DNA from: the human T2T-CHM13v2.0 reference genome, Homo sapiens
Assembly (NCBI RefSeq): GCF_009914755.1
Contig: NC_060930.1
Direction: 5' to 3' (one strand)
Length of the DNA: 64,000 bases
Notes under the pieces: model-generated
What the model was told of the DNA's origin: nothing
Seen by the model: the letters and a program-made list of their open reading frames with translations, nothing else
Databases searched by the model: none
Position numbers and translations under genes: made by a program
Shown here: piece after piece, positions 45,115 through 58,259 of the stretch
Position numbering within the stretch: position 1 is the first letter of the stretch
Layout of the letters: the number at the start of each line of letters is the position of its first letter

Positions 45115-47019
45115 TTTTGGGGATTGATTCAACAAAGGAAAAGAAGGTAAAGAAAATGGTAAAGATGTCACGTATGGAGCTTTGTTTTTGTTGTTTGTTA
45201 ATTTTGTCATATTACCCTGTGAATTTCCAAAGAAAGTAAATCGTAAGACAATGAGGTCTGCCACTAGAACTCCCATTTAGCCACCAGTTCTCTCTCCATT
45301 GTTGACTGGAATTTAGTTTGGATTAATACAACAATTGCAACTCACAACAAGTATTGACTTTGATGCTGTCATTATCAACTGAGGAACTCCAGGTTTTATA
45401 TTAAACACGCAGAACTTTCTATGAAGTGGCCATTTTGATCACTGGGTGTTTTCACAGGGCTGGCTTATTGGGGGAAAAAGAGGGAGTGGTTGGAGAAAAA
45501 GACTCAAATAAGGCTAATGCAAGACTTTAATAACTGAATGTATGAGTTGAATGAAGAAACACGCCTACTCTACACTGTAATTCAGCAGTTTTATGAATGG
45601 GAGGTCAGATACATGATTTAAATACAGGTTTCATTGAATGCAGTATCTTTTACGGTACTAAAAAAGGTCTGGAATCCTGCATTCTTCCTGTATAGGATTG
45701 TAATTCATTCTCTCTGCTCTCACTCTCCTTCCAAATTTACTTCTACCTCTGTCATAGAATGTTTGAGCTGCCAGACAAGTAGGATCATGTCACTGCTGTG
45801 ACTTAACATTAAATGTCCTGGTGTCTTTATTTCAGATGTTCTGTTTTTCCTCTATTTTCTGCTCACATGAACATACACACTTGCCAGGCACATTCTGGCT
45901 TTTCTTATTTCTCTTTCTGATTTTGCCTCCTTCCTGCCCCTGTTTTCTTCCCTTTTCTCTGGCTATAGAAACTGTCAGGTGGCCTTGCTGGCATCATCCT
46001 ACCTCTTTTGAACTGTGTTACCCAGGAACTTCCATTTATTATGCCTCGAGCACTCTCTTTCTTTAATACTGTATCTCTCTGAGGGATAGTTAATGATCTT
46101 TGCAGCAAATGAAGGTGAACTGTAGCCACATTATTGTTAGAATACAGCCAACTATATGGAACAGATTGGGCTGAGCTTTGAACAGCTGGGGCTGGCAGAG
46201 TGAGTCTTGACTTCTCTCGGAAGAGTTCCAGAACTGCCAAATCATCAAACTTGAAGGGGAAAGAGGGACGAGAAAGGTTATGGGGATAGTGGTTCCTGCA
46301 GGTGCTTTTTGCTCTTGTGATCTACCTTTTTTGAAATGTTTACTAGTTTGTGGATCTGGCAAAGCATGGGCTAATTGAACCCAAGAGCTGCTGTCATTGC
46401 CACAGACTAGACCTGCTTAGTGGCCGTGGTGGTGTTTTATTGTTCATTTGCAGGTACTGAACATGGGATAAGATGGATGCTTTTGTTGTGAAAGCTTGTG
46501 GCTCTCTTCAGGCAACTAACTGAAACTATGTGTAGGTTTGAGGAGAATTTTGATCTGCAATGTGCATTGAACCCTAATATAAATTTAATAATGGCTCCAT
46601 TGGAACTTTTGGACTATAATGTGGCTTCCTGGTGGATATAATAAATGAAAAATAGGCGAGGTAGGACAGATATCATAAACTGGGGGACCAGAGAGCTTAA
46701 TCACTCCTTCAAAAATGTTGTGTTTGCCCTTATGAGGAGTTGTGTGTGTGTATGCACATGCATGGGTGCATGTGTGTTTAAATGACTTGCTGCCAATATT
46801 TTAAAAATGTTTATATAAACATTTGGTCAATTTTTCCAAAGAAGCCAGAATCTGACTTCACTGGTCTCCCACGGTCAATATCAGCTGTGGCTGAATAACA
46901 AGTACTCCATACCTCTCCTGGGTGGGCAGGGCAGGGACTTTCCAATTAACTAGAGTTTTCACCCTCTACTCCCACTGTTACTGCAGAGATTGGCCTTTGC
47001 AAGAAAAGTTCAGGAAAGA

Positions 47020-47260
47020 AAAGAGACAAGCCTTGGGATTGGGAAATAATGGGTTTGAATCTCAGCTTCATAGGCAGCTTTCTCAATTGGGGAAATTATT
47101 AAACTTTCTGAGCCTTAGTTTCCTCCTGAGTAGAGTGGGAATATACTCTGCACCTCTAATGGTTGCTGGAAGGAATATTAAGCAAAACAGCGTATTTAAA
47201 GTTTCTAAAACAACTATGTACATACACAGGAGGATTGCTGTACACATTTGCTGTTATTGT
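47020..47260 (+). mobile_element. MIR
   Basis: GGGTTTGAATCTCAGCT..TCTGAGCCTTAGTTTCCTC. Confidence 0.75.
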
Positions 47261-48389
47261 AGTTTTCAGTTGCTGTGTATCATAGGTGAGTTGATACCAA
47301 CCCTTTAGTGTCCCATTGACCATGTTACAAAATTTAATAAACACTTGTGTTACTCAGAACAAAGGAGGAAACTTGTGCCTTGTCTTCCCATATTTTGGGT
47401 TTTGTTCTACAATATAAAATATATAGTTTTTCTACGGAAAAAAATCCAATAGAAACTGATTTCTTAAAGGTACACAATTTGAAGAGAGAAAAATCTTATA
47501 GTTTAGTTCATATTAGGTGGACTCTTCGTTTCCTTTTGACCGGGTCAAGGCTTTGTATTTTTGCATCTATACTTCTGAAGTTTCTGCCCCGCACCCCATC
47601 CCAATCACATTCAAAATCAGGCTGACAGTAATCCTGTACATGGAACACGTGCTGAATCCTCATGGAAGGAAAGGTAAAGAAATGAAAGCCCTGTAGAAAT
47701 TAATATATTTCCTTAGAGGTGGGCATGGAATGTAGCTTTTGTTAGGCTTACAATGCTGCGTTGAAGGTTTGTCAGCATTTTGTGCACACAGATTCTTTAA
47801 AACTTTTAAGGATTTTTTCCCTACATTATTGCATTCAGTTGGCATCATTTCTTTCTCTAATGTGTGACCTTTGACATCTATCAGAAAGTTTCAGTACATC
47901 TTTGGATGCCACACCAGCTGGGGGCAGGGACTACCCCGTTATTATAGTCATGGTTCAGAAATACAGGTTCTTCCCCCTATTTTTATACTTCCTGCATAGA
48001 TGGGTTTCCTTTAGATGTGGATATTTCTCTTAAATGCATACTCTTGTCTCAAAATGGTGAAGGATACCAGTGTAGTAGTTTCTTCTTCTACTTCTGACAG
48101 TTACTGGGAAACTTGTGTCTTTCAATAAAATGCTTTCTAGAAGAAGGCAAGGTGGCTAGAAAATGTTAAGGCAGCTCAGGGACCAGTGGGAGAAAATAGA
48201 TGTTAAAGGTAAAAAGTGACTTGTGATTAGTTCAGTTATGGAGTCCAAAAATCCAACCAGGTTTGTAGGTAACCAGTTACGTTTCAAATGTGATCTTAAG
48301 CCCACCCCGAGTGAGTGAACCTCAACATGAGAGTAGAAGACTCTGGAAGGGAAGATGTGAGAAGATAAAATACTGTTTTCAGAGCCCTA

Positions 48390-48421
48390 GGTTTTTGTTT
48401 GTTTGTTTGTTTGTTTGTTTG
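48390..48421 (+). repeat. (GTTT)n
   Basis: Seen directly. Confidence 0.9.
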
Positions 48422-48837
48422 ACATTTTTATGAGTGGAGGAATAGGACTACCTCTGGAACCTAAAATTGGGCTGAAATCCAGGTCCAGTTCTAGGTGATT
48501 GCTCAGGGTCCCTTCCCATTCCTTCCTCCATCTGCTCCTGCCCACTTGAGTGAAGGAGGTGAATAATAAAAGAGGAAAGAATGTGGATGAAAAGGAGAAG
48601 ATGCAGAGAATGAAGATTCTCTGTCCTTTGTAAACCTTTTGTCCTAATCACCAAAAGTATTGTGGCATGTGTAAGTCTGAGAAAATATTTAGGTGAATCC
48701 CTTGAAATTGTCAGTATTTCAAGGGTTAAAAAAAGACAGTTTCACATAGTTCAAATGAAAGCAACAATTAGGTTTTTGCTAGAACTTCTCTGGGTCCACC
48801 AATGGGATGTATGGAGTGGTTTTAAAAAACCACACAA

Positions 48838-49235
<398 letters not shown>

Positions 49236-50398
49236 TTATAATCAGGCTTTCTTACTTTTTCTAAAATTGTAGTTATTGCCTCGAATCTCATAGCAGAGGA
49301 GTAGAGGCAACAAAAAGGAGAGCCAAGTGTGGGAGCAATTGAAGACCGTGGAGTTTTTTCAGATCATTCGCCTGGGAACTTGCATGGCAGTTGTGGGGTT
49401 CCAAAGATCCAAAATCAGGTGTTTTAACTTAGCTGACTTGAATATTTACTTTGAAAATAAGAAATGAATGTTAAAAAGTTGAAAAGTTATACACATGGGC
49501 ACAATTTATTGAAACCTTTTCTTAGGGTAGATTGAACCTTGTTGAAAGTTGTGAAATTTGCTCAAATAGTCATTTTTTCTCTTTTTTTCTAGGTCTGAAT
49601 GATTTCATGAATATTGTGGTAGTTTGGGCAAAGAACAAATTTGCTTAGTCAAGAAACATTAAAAGCCTCTACGAAGGCCTAGAGGTGGTGAAATCAGTGG
49701 TCCTCTGGTGGGCATGGTGTGTGTGTGTGTGCGCGCACACGCGTGTGACTCATCTGGGGTTGGCTCAGAGTGAAAGAGACAGATGCTTCCTTCGCCTGCT
49801 TGTTTCCTGGTTTTCAAAGCCCCTATTTCATTGTTGTTTTATTTTAAGGTTCGATGCCTTCTCCATCCGTCAGTGAGGGTGTGGAGAGCCTGCAGGCGTG
49901 TGCCTCCCTCTGTAACTTGCTATTCCTTGTGTAATGTCAAGTGGAAGTGTGAAGCACCACAAACTGCTCTGAGCAGAGCCCACTTCCCTTCACCCACGGA
50001 GAGCGTGAAGCAGTTACACCAACATCAATCAAGGAAAACCCACAGGCTGAGCTCACACGGTTGAAGCAGGTGCGTGAGCGAGCGTTCTGTGACAGGCACA
50101 CGTGATTGAGGTGTACCTCGGCGTCTTGCCCACAGATGTCGGTTGCGATGACTGTGTGGGGCTGTGCCCATTCCCTGCAGAGCCGAGCCTGTCATGCTTG
50201 TGGGACACAGTGGGTGCAGCTCTTGGCAGCTCAGTGGGGTGAGCAGGTCAGGTAGTTCTGAAGTAGGCTTCTTTGCTGTTTACTCACTTGTTTAATGGTG
50301 AGGAGAAGAATCCAGGAGAAATAGTGTTTTATTTTCTTTCAGTGGTGTTTTGCAGTGAGAACACCCCTGGGATTACTCCTTTAAAACAGTAAACAAGA

Positions 50399-50716
50399 GG
50401 CCGGGTGTGGTGGCTCAGGTCTATAATACCAGCTCTTTGAGAGGCCGAAGCAGGAAGATTGTTTGAGCCCAGGAGTTCAAGATCAGCCTGGGCAACATCT
50501 CTAAAAGACACCATCTCTAAAAGAATTTTTTATTTTTTAATTTGCCTTGTGTGGTGGTGTCCCCTTGTTCTCCCAGCTACTTGGAGGCAGAGGTGGAAGG
50601 ATCCCTTAAGCCTGGGAGGTCGAAACTGCAGTGAGCCATGGTTGCGCCACTGCACTCCAGCCTGGGCAACAGAGCGAGACCCTGTCTCAGAAATAAATAA
50701 ATAAATGAAATAAAAT
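50399..50716 (+). mobile_element. AluJ
   Basis: TSD AGTAAACAAGA. Confidence 0.92.
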
Positions 50717-50839
50717 AGTAAACAAGAAAACATTAGTATTAATTGATTTGCTAAGCCTAAGGGGGAAAATGTAAGGTCTTGAATCTCTGTATGTATGCAT
50801 ATGTGTGTATACATATCTATCAATATCTATCAAATGTGT

Positions 50840-51094
50840 ATGTATGGAGTGGTTTTAAAAAACCACACAAGGCTGGGCGTGGTGGCTCACGCCTGTAATC
50901 CCAGCACTTTAGGAGGCTGAGGCAGGCGGATCACCTGAGGTCAGGAGTTTGAGACCAGCCTGGCCAATGTGGGGAAACTCTGTCCCTACTAAAAATACAA
51001 AAATTAGCTGGGTGTGGTGGCACACGCCTGTAATCCCAGCTACTCGGGAGGCTAAGGCAGGAGAATCGCTTGAACCCAGGAGGTGGAGTTTGCA
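50840..51094 (+). repeat. 255-bp direct duplication of 48807-49061 (unique flank plus 3'-truncated Alu)
   Basis: 8 mismatches, no gaps, by manual alignment; includes 31 bp of non-Alu flank; no A-tail. Confidence 0.95.
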
Positions 51095-51559
51095 TATGTA
51101 GAGTAGACGTTTGTGTACACACATATATGTATATGTAAATATGTGTGTGCATGCATCAACACAGGCACCAATTTAAAGCAAAACTCAAGTGGGCCATGAG
51201 ATAAAGAGAGAATGTCAATATCTAGACATTTAAAAATACCTGCTGACAAGGTGAAGGGGCTAGTAAAAAAATGCATATCTCATCCTAAGTCGAACCATCT
51301 TGATATGTATTGAGCTTTAGAAAATTTTCACAAAAGTTTTGAGCAATCTTAATTTTAAAAATACAGAGGCAGTTAATACTAAGACTTCAATATATATTGT
51401 GCTTTGTAAAAAGTGGCCAGTCTCTCAAGGCTGCTAATACCTGCTATTGGTTATGAGTATCTACTTTGAGCTGACACTTCAAAATGTTATACATATTATT
51501 TGCATTTACATATGTGAAACAATCACCCTTTCTTTAAGCAATGTAAAGTAAAACAAGAC

Positions 51560-52135
51560 ATATTTTTAAACTACTAAACTGACTCAGTTGGAGAATAATG
51601 ATAAAAACCAGTATTACTATGGGTAAGGAAAAAAACCTGCCATTTTGGGGGAAATTTTTTGTATACTCTCTAAAGGTGATTTCACGATATGTAAAATCAA
51701 AAGCCACAAAATATTCTTACAGTTTCAGCAGTTCAGCTTCTAGGCAAATTTTTTCTCAGACTGTGATCAAATGTGTAAAAAATTTAGCTATAAGAATGCT
51801 TGATCGCAAACTTATTTATTTTTGATACATTTTGCTAGAAATGTCTAAATAATATTACAGTGGTCAAATAAATTATAGTAGAAATATGCAATAAAATACC
51901 AAGTGAGGCATTAAGCAGTGGTGTAGATTTCTCTAAGACCCTGTTTTTTTAAAAAACTAACAAATCAGTGTTTCATGCATTCAGTATGTGCAGATATATT
52001 ATAAGCAGTTTGTGAGATTTATATAAATCTAAAAGTTGTTACAGCTGTGTGATTAGAGAATAATTAAATGGCTTTATTTTGCCTGTTGTTATAATTTTCT
52101 AATATTCAAGTGTATTACCTGCACATTAAATACAG
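51560..52135 (+). mobile_element. Old L1M fragment
   Basis: A-rich degenerate L1 3' motifs (CAGCAGTTCAGCTTCTAGG, AAATGTCTAAATAATA). Confidence 0.5.
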
Positions 52136-52490
52136 AAAATGGCAAACATGGAAATAGCATATTGGGAGTATACTTGTAAGTTACCTAGAGATATTTGTGA
52201 AGACGAGGAAGGGAAAGAGGTTTCTTTCTTTTCTTTTCTTCTTTTTTTTCCTAGATGATGTCTTAGCAGAAAGTGTTAAAGACTAGTGATTGATTAATTA
52301 GTTCAACAAATATTTGTGTGCCTCTATGTGCCAGGTACTGGACAAGACTCTGGTCACATTGCTATGTACTTTTCACAGGAAAAATTGCTGAATCTGTTCT
52401 GTTTGATATTCTGCATCAATGTAGCTTTACCAGTAGAGAGTCAATAATATGAATATGAAAGTAATATGGGCATGTAAAATTATGATGTCA

Positions 52491-52788
<298 letters not shown>

Positions 52789-55002
52789 TTATGATGTCAG
52801 ACTGACGTTTTGCTTCGTATTTTTACATATGCGTTTTATCTGCTTTATGCTGTTTCACATATTAAATGTGTGAAACTTTTTCTGTACTGTAGATAGTTGA
52901 CACCATGAATTGTCTGGAAAGTCAAAAGCAAAAATTGAGAAGACTTGTTATCATTAATGAAAACTTTAAAGGACATTAAAAAGCTTATTTGCAAGTGCTT
53001 TGAAAAATCTGACTTTTCCATATTTTGTGAGGTTTTGGCTTTGATACTCAATCTTGGTTTAATGTTCTGCAGGTGTCCTTTGGGGAGTTAGAACAGGGTT
53101 TGCAGGGATGGGGAGATTGAGTGTGATGACTCTAGTGTCCACTCACTTGGAATGTTGAGACTCTGAGGCCTTAAATAGGAGGTTTAGATTTGGGATGTCT
53201 GACTGAAAGAGGGTTAGGATTCAGGCTGATGTGGAGATGCTCATTGAGGAGTTCAAATTCTTCTCTGAGCCCTTAAGAATCTACCCAAAGGACAGTCTTC
53301 TGATGTTCAGTCTCTTTCTCATGAAAATGATCTTAGAAGTTTAATCCTTCAAATGACCTCTTAACATGACTTCTCATACTGGTGTGAGATTAGAAAAAAA
53401 AAATTCCAGCCTGAACCATCAAGGGCTCCAAAATGAAGATTTTTTTTGAGTTTTAAAACTCTGAAAAAGTTTTTCATAAGTTATAAAAACAGAAAGGTTC
53501 TTGAGAGGAAGGGTTTGTTTTGGGTCAGTGCCAATGTGCCACAGTTGCTTTCCTTGTGTGTGTTTGTGTGTTTGTCTTTGTCTTCTGTCTGCCTGTCTGC
53601 GGGGATGATTATGGATTCTTGAACTTGGTTCTTTCTTTCCTATTGATTGGTGAAGGGAAGAAGTTAAACTTTGGATTTGGCTCTATTTCCATTGTCCATT
53701 GAATCGGGAGAGTTAGCCCATTGGTTATTCTATTGCTCTTTTGCTATGATTTTGTGGGAAAATTGTCATTTTCACTTCCCCCTTCTTCTCTCCATCCTTT
53801 CCTCTCGTTAAAACAGACATGATGCCTTTAACGAATTGCCTTGGGATAGTTTGAAGTATAAAGGGAGGAAAAAGAGATATAGCTCTTCCTGAGACAAGCC
53901 CTGAGTAGTAAAATCAATAATTCAAGAAATCACTTGCCCTTTAAAAAACAAACAAAAAAAGACTTGTAAATAGAACAAGATTGAGAAAAACATGTCTTTA
54001 GGCAGGCTAATCTAATCACACACAGAAGGCAGCCTGTTTTCTTACTTGCTGGATCGCTTCCACTTTATATTCTCACAGGGAACAATATATTAAGTACAGT
54101 ATTTAGAAATATTTGTTGAATCCTACTGTCTGATTTTGGCAAGTCCCAAGGAAAAAAAGAATATGTCTTGGACTGCTTGAGCCTTCCTGGGAGGATATTG
54201 GAGTTTTCCCAGAGAGGCTGGCTTCACACTGTGGGAAACACTGGTTTGGTAGATAACACTGTTAGAATTTATATTTCAGAGGGCATTTAGTTGTCTTCAG
54301 AGTTTTAGAGCAGCCACAGCTGATCTTCTATGTCTCAGGATCTGAAGAAACTCAAAGTATAAGCTAGGCTTTCTTTATACTGATGTAGTCATTCTCTTTT
54401 GAGGGGCACCCTAACTTGTAACTCACTGATCCTGTGTTATGGCAGCAGGCTGAGTTCACCAGCACCAAAATATCCAGTTAGTGTATCAGAAGAGAAAATG
54501 TGGGTGTCACAAATAAGAGTAGCTAAAAGATAGGACATTATAGGGTGAAAGGTCCATTGGCTGATGCCGCCTTCTCTCAGGGAATGTTAAAGTGTCAACA
54601 TTTTGGCAAAATCCTAAGCTAATTTTGTTTAAATGTGATCATCACATAGCATTGACTGAGTAATTGAAATTTGTGATGGGAAATAAGGATGAAATATTTA
54701 GAAAGTATGTTATGGCCCCTTTGCTTAAGAGTATATGCTAAAATAAAAGTATCTCATTACGAGGAATGTAAGTTAAATAAATTCTTTCAGTTTAATTTTC
54801 TCAGCATGTATCTGGCATTAAGTAGTTTTTATAAATCTTATGCAAGGGCCTATCCCACAGCTCTATTCCATTGGTGGCTTAAATGTGAAGTAGGCATATC
54901 TGAAGGGTTCTTTTGCTCTGTATTATAATGTTGAGAAGTTAGTTATTGAACCTATAGCTTTTCATCTCTAGAATGGAGATAAGAGAATCATCCTCAGAGT
55001 TT

Positions 55003-55620
55003 AAAAAAAAAACTTTTAATTTTTAAGTAGTTTTAGATTTACAGAAATGTAGCAAAAAAAGGAAGAGTGTAGTCTTACATCCCTTGCCTGGTTCCTTTTC
55101 TTGTTACCTTATTATGTATGCTTGTCAAAAAAAATTCAACATTGGGACTTGCCTATTAAATGACTCCACAGTTTGGGTTTTTTTTTTTTAATCTTTATAT
55201 TTCACTGGTTCTTCCCTAATATCCTTTTCTGTTCCAGGGTCATACTGGATACGACATTGCATTTAGTAGTCATGTCTCTTTAGATTCCTCTGAACTATGA
55301 GGGTTTTTCAGCCTTTCCTTGTTTTAATGAGCTTAACAGTTTTGAGGAGTGCTGGTCAGATATTTTGTAGAATGTCCTTCAACTGAAATTCATCTCATGA
55401 TTGGACTTGGTTATGGGTTTTTTCAGAGGAAGACCACAGAGGTGAAGCACCATTCTCCACCATCATATCAAGAGTACCTATGATCACCATGACGTATCAC
55501 TATAGATGTTGATCTTGATAACCTGGCTGAGGTCATGGTGCCAAGTCTCTTCACTGCAAATTTGCCTTCCCCCGACTTTTTCCCATACTGCACTCTTTGG
55601 AATGAAATTACTAAGCACAT
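55003..55620 (-). mobile_element. L1MB/MC 3' UTR fragment inserted in a MIR
   Basis: GTAGTTTTAGATTTACAGAAA, ACATTGCATTTAGT, TTTTGTAGAATGTCC; MIR remnants on both sides. Confidence 0.75.
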
Positions 55621-56831
55621 GTCATAGGGTTATTTTAAGGTTTAAGTGAGATGATGAAGCTTGTGGTATAAAACCCAGTGCTTTAGAAAACACTCATGAA
55701 TGTCAGTTGCTACTGTAGTTGCTGCCTTTACACTAGTCCCTTTCAATACATGAAAGCTAGTATTCTTTAGAGCTGCTTTCTCATAATTATACAGTTCTCA
55801 GCCATTTGCTGATATTGATCAGAAAGTAAAAATAACAAAAAAGAGTGCTCACACACCTTTCAAACGAGATGCCTGTATACAAAGTCACTCTAGGATGGAA
55901 GGATACGAATTCTCTCAAAGTTTACCATGGAGAGACTCTACTAAACTGGGATTATCAGCCTCTGGTCCTGTTTCATGTGATGGAGTCAGTCATTGATGAC
56001 AGAGCTGGTGGGTTCTGGTTGGTCTTGGGCATGAGAGGGAGAAAGAAAGTTTAATTTAGGAGCTGAGCCTGAAAAATTGGTGAGGTTTTTTTTTTTCTTC
56101 CTCTGGTGATAGCTTTTGGGTAGAATTTTGAGTTCTTACTGGAATAAACGATCTTCAGCACTTCTCTGTGAAATGAAGGGCTTGTTCTGGGACCTGAAAT
56201 GCTTCAAACCCTGTGCAGTTGTTGCCAGAGTGGCTGTCTGAGCCTGGATAATAGAGCCTGGAGTCCTATGTAACCATGTCTGTTGGAATAAATAAGAACA
56301 GCTGGTCGCTTGTACAGATACTGTTGGCATGAATTTTTTATTTAAGTCTCTCCATGTATCTAGTAAACAGTAAGCAGTATTCTAACATTACTAAAAGCCT
56401 CCTAAGTCTCCCACCAATAAATTTCCTTCACTCTTCCCCATTAAAAGTTCAGGGAGTAGGGCAAGGTTAATGTACCAGAGAAGGAATGGTAGGGAAGTAT
56501 TTCTGAGCTGGAGAAAATAAGGTTCTTCTTCTGTGTCTCTTTTCCCATTTGACCTTCTAGTTTCTCTCTAAGATAACACATTTTTTTTTTTGGACTATTT
56601 CTTGGGAAAGCAAGATTTATACGATATTCTTTTGCTGTTTCTTATGTATAAGAGAGACTTATTCGTGTTAAAATGGAATACTCTGTCCCTGAGCGCTTAA
56701 TGGGAAAAAAAATTTGCATTTGTGTTAAGGGGTAGGTGAGTGGTAAAATATTCTTTTGGTTTCTTTTAAATGTCTAGCAAGGAAACTCTTCCATGTATCT
56801 TTATGAATTTTTGTCTCAGAAAGCTTACTAG

Positions 56832-57264
<433 letters not shown>

Positions 57265-57456
57265 TAACCTGCCATATTAACCCTGGGGTGCTAAGAAGTG
57301 AGACCTATCAGAGACAATTGGCCCCATTGCTCTGTTATTTCTTTCGTCAAGGAGACATTGAGTTCCCTGCACTGGGTGCTAGGAATGTAAGTAAGAAGAA
57401 GATGGGATCTGTGTACCTTAGGAATCAAATGATAGTCTTTATGTGCTCTGGTACAG

Positions 57457-57459
<3 letters not shown>

Positions 57460-57491
<32 letters not shown>
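57460..57491 (+). repeat. (TG)n microsatellite
   Basis: Seen directly. Confidence 0.97.
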
Positions 57492-57494
<3 letters not shown>

Positions 57495-57517
57495 CTTTCA
57501 AGCCTTTGTGAGACTCC

Positions 57518-57913
57518 TATGGCAATTAGGAAGGCTCACAGATATTCTGATGGCCTTCCTTGGGCACACTCAGCACAGTTGTACTTTCTTGCCTCCTTTA
57601 AGTCTAGGCATGACTATGAAAGTGGCTTGCCATGAAATGTGGCAGAAGTCACATGTGTCACTTCCCAGATGAAGCTTTAAGAGTTGCCATGTGATTTGCT
57701 TCATCCCCTTCCCCTTACATTGGTTGAAGCACAGGCCACGAGAGAGCCTACACAGTCTGGTCATGTGATGAGGGGCTATGATGGAAAGACCTCCCGACCG
57801 AGGTTGAACATGTCATGTAAGCAAGAATTAAGCTTCAGTTACTACAAGTCATGGGGATTTAGGTAGAGGTGGTGTGTTCCTGCAGCATTATCCAGCCTGT
57901 CCTAAGTAATGCA
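57518..57913 (+). mobile_element. Old MLT1 (J-like) solo LTR
   Basis: ATGAAATGTGGCAGAAGT..TGTGTCACTTCC; CTGCAGCAT..CCAGCCTGTCCTAAGTAATGCA. Confidence 0.7.
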
Positions 57914-58205
57914 GTCAGCATTCTTATCTCTTTAGAGTTATAGGAATTAAGGCCTCAATGTTGGGCTGTGGAGGGGATGTTCACAGTTGTGATGGTGGCA
58001 GCAGTGGTGGAAAATCTGTACATGTGGTAGTTATTGATGCACAAAAATTGGGCATCAGTTTTTAGAGGTGTGACCTACATTTCAGTATCGTTGTTAAATA
58101 TCTGTAGGGAGATTACATCCCTTCTGACACTGTATGTCTAATTGTCAGTGAATATCTTTATATAATGAAACATAATTCTAAAGAAGGAAAAAACTCAAAG
58201 TATGT

Positions 58206-58220
58206 ACACACACGCACATG

Positions 58221-58254
<34 letters not shown>

Positions 58255-58259
58255 CACAC
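58206..58259 (+). repeat. (CA)n microsatellite, interrupted
   Basis: Seen directly. Confidence 0.95.

Noticed and set aside
49575-49690. Acceptor-like TTTTTTTCTAG|GT at 49592 (also the T-rich AG at about 52254)
   Set aside because: No convincing downstream donor, and such tracts are frequent by chance in T-rich introns.
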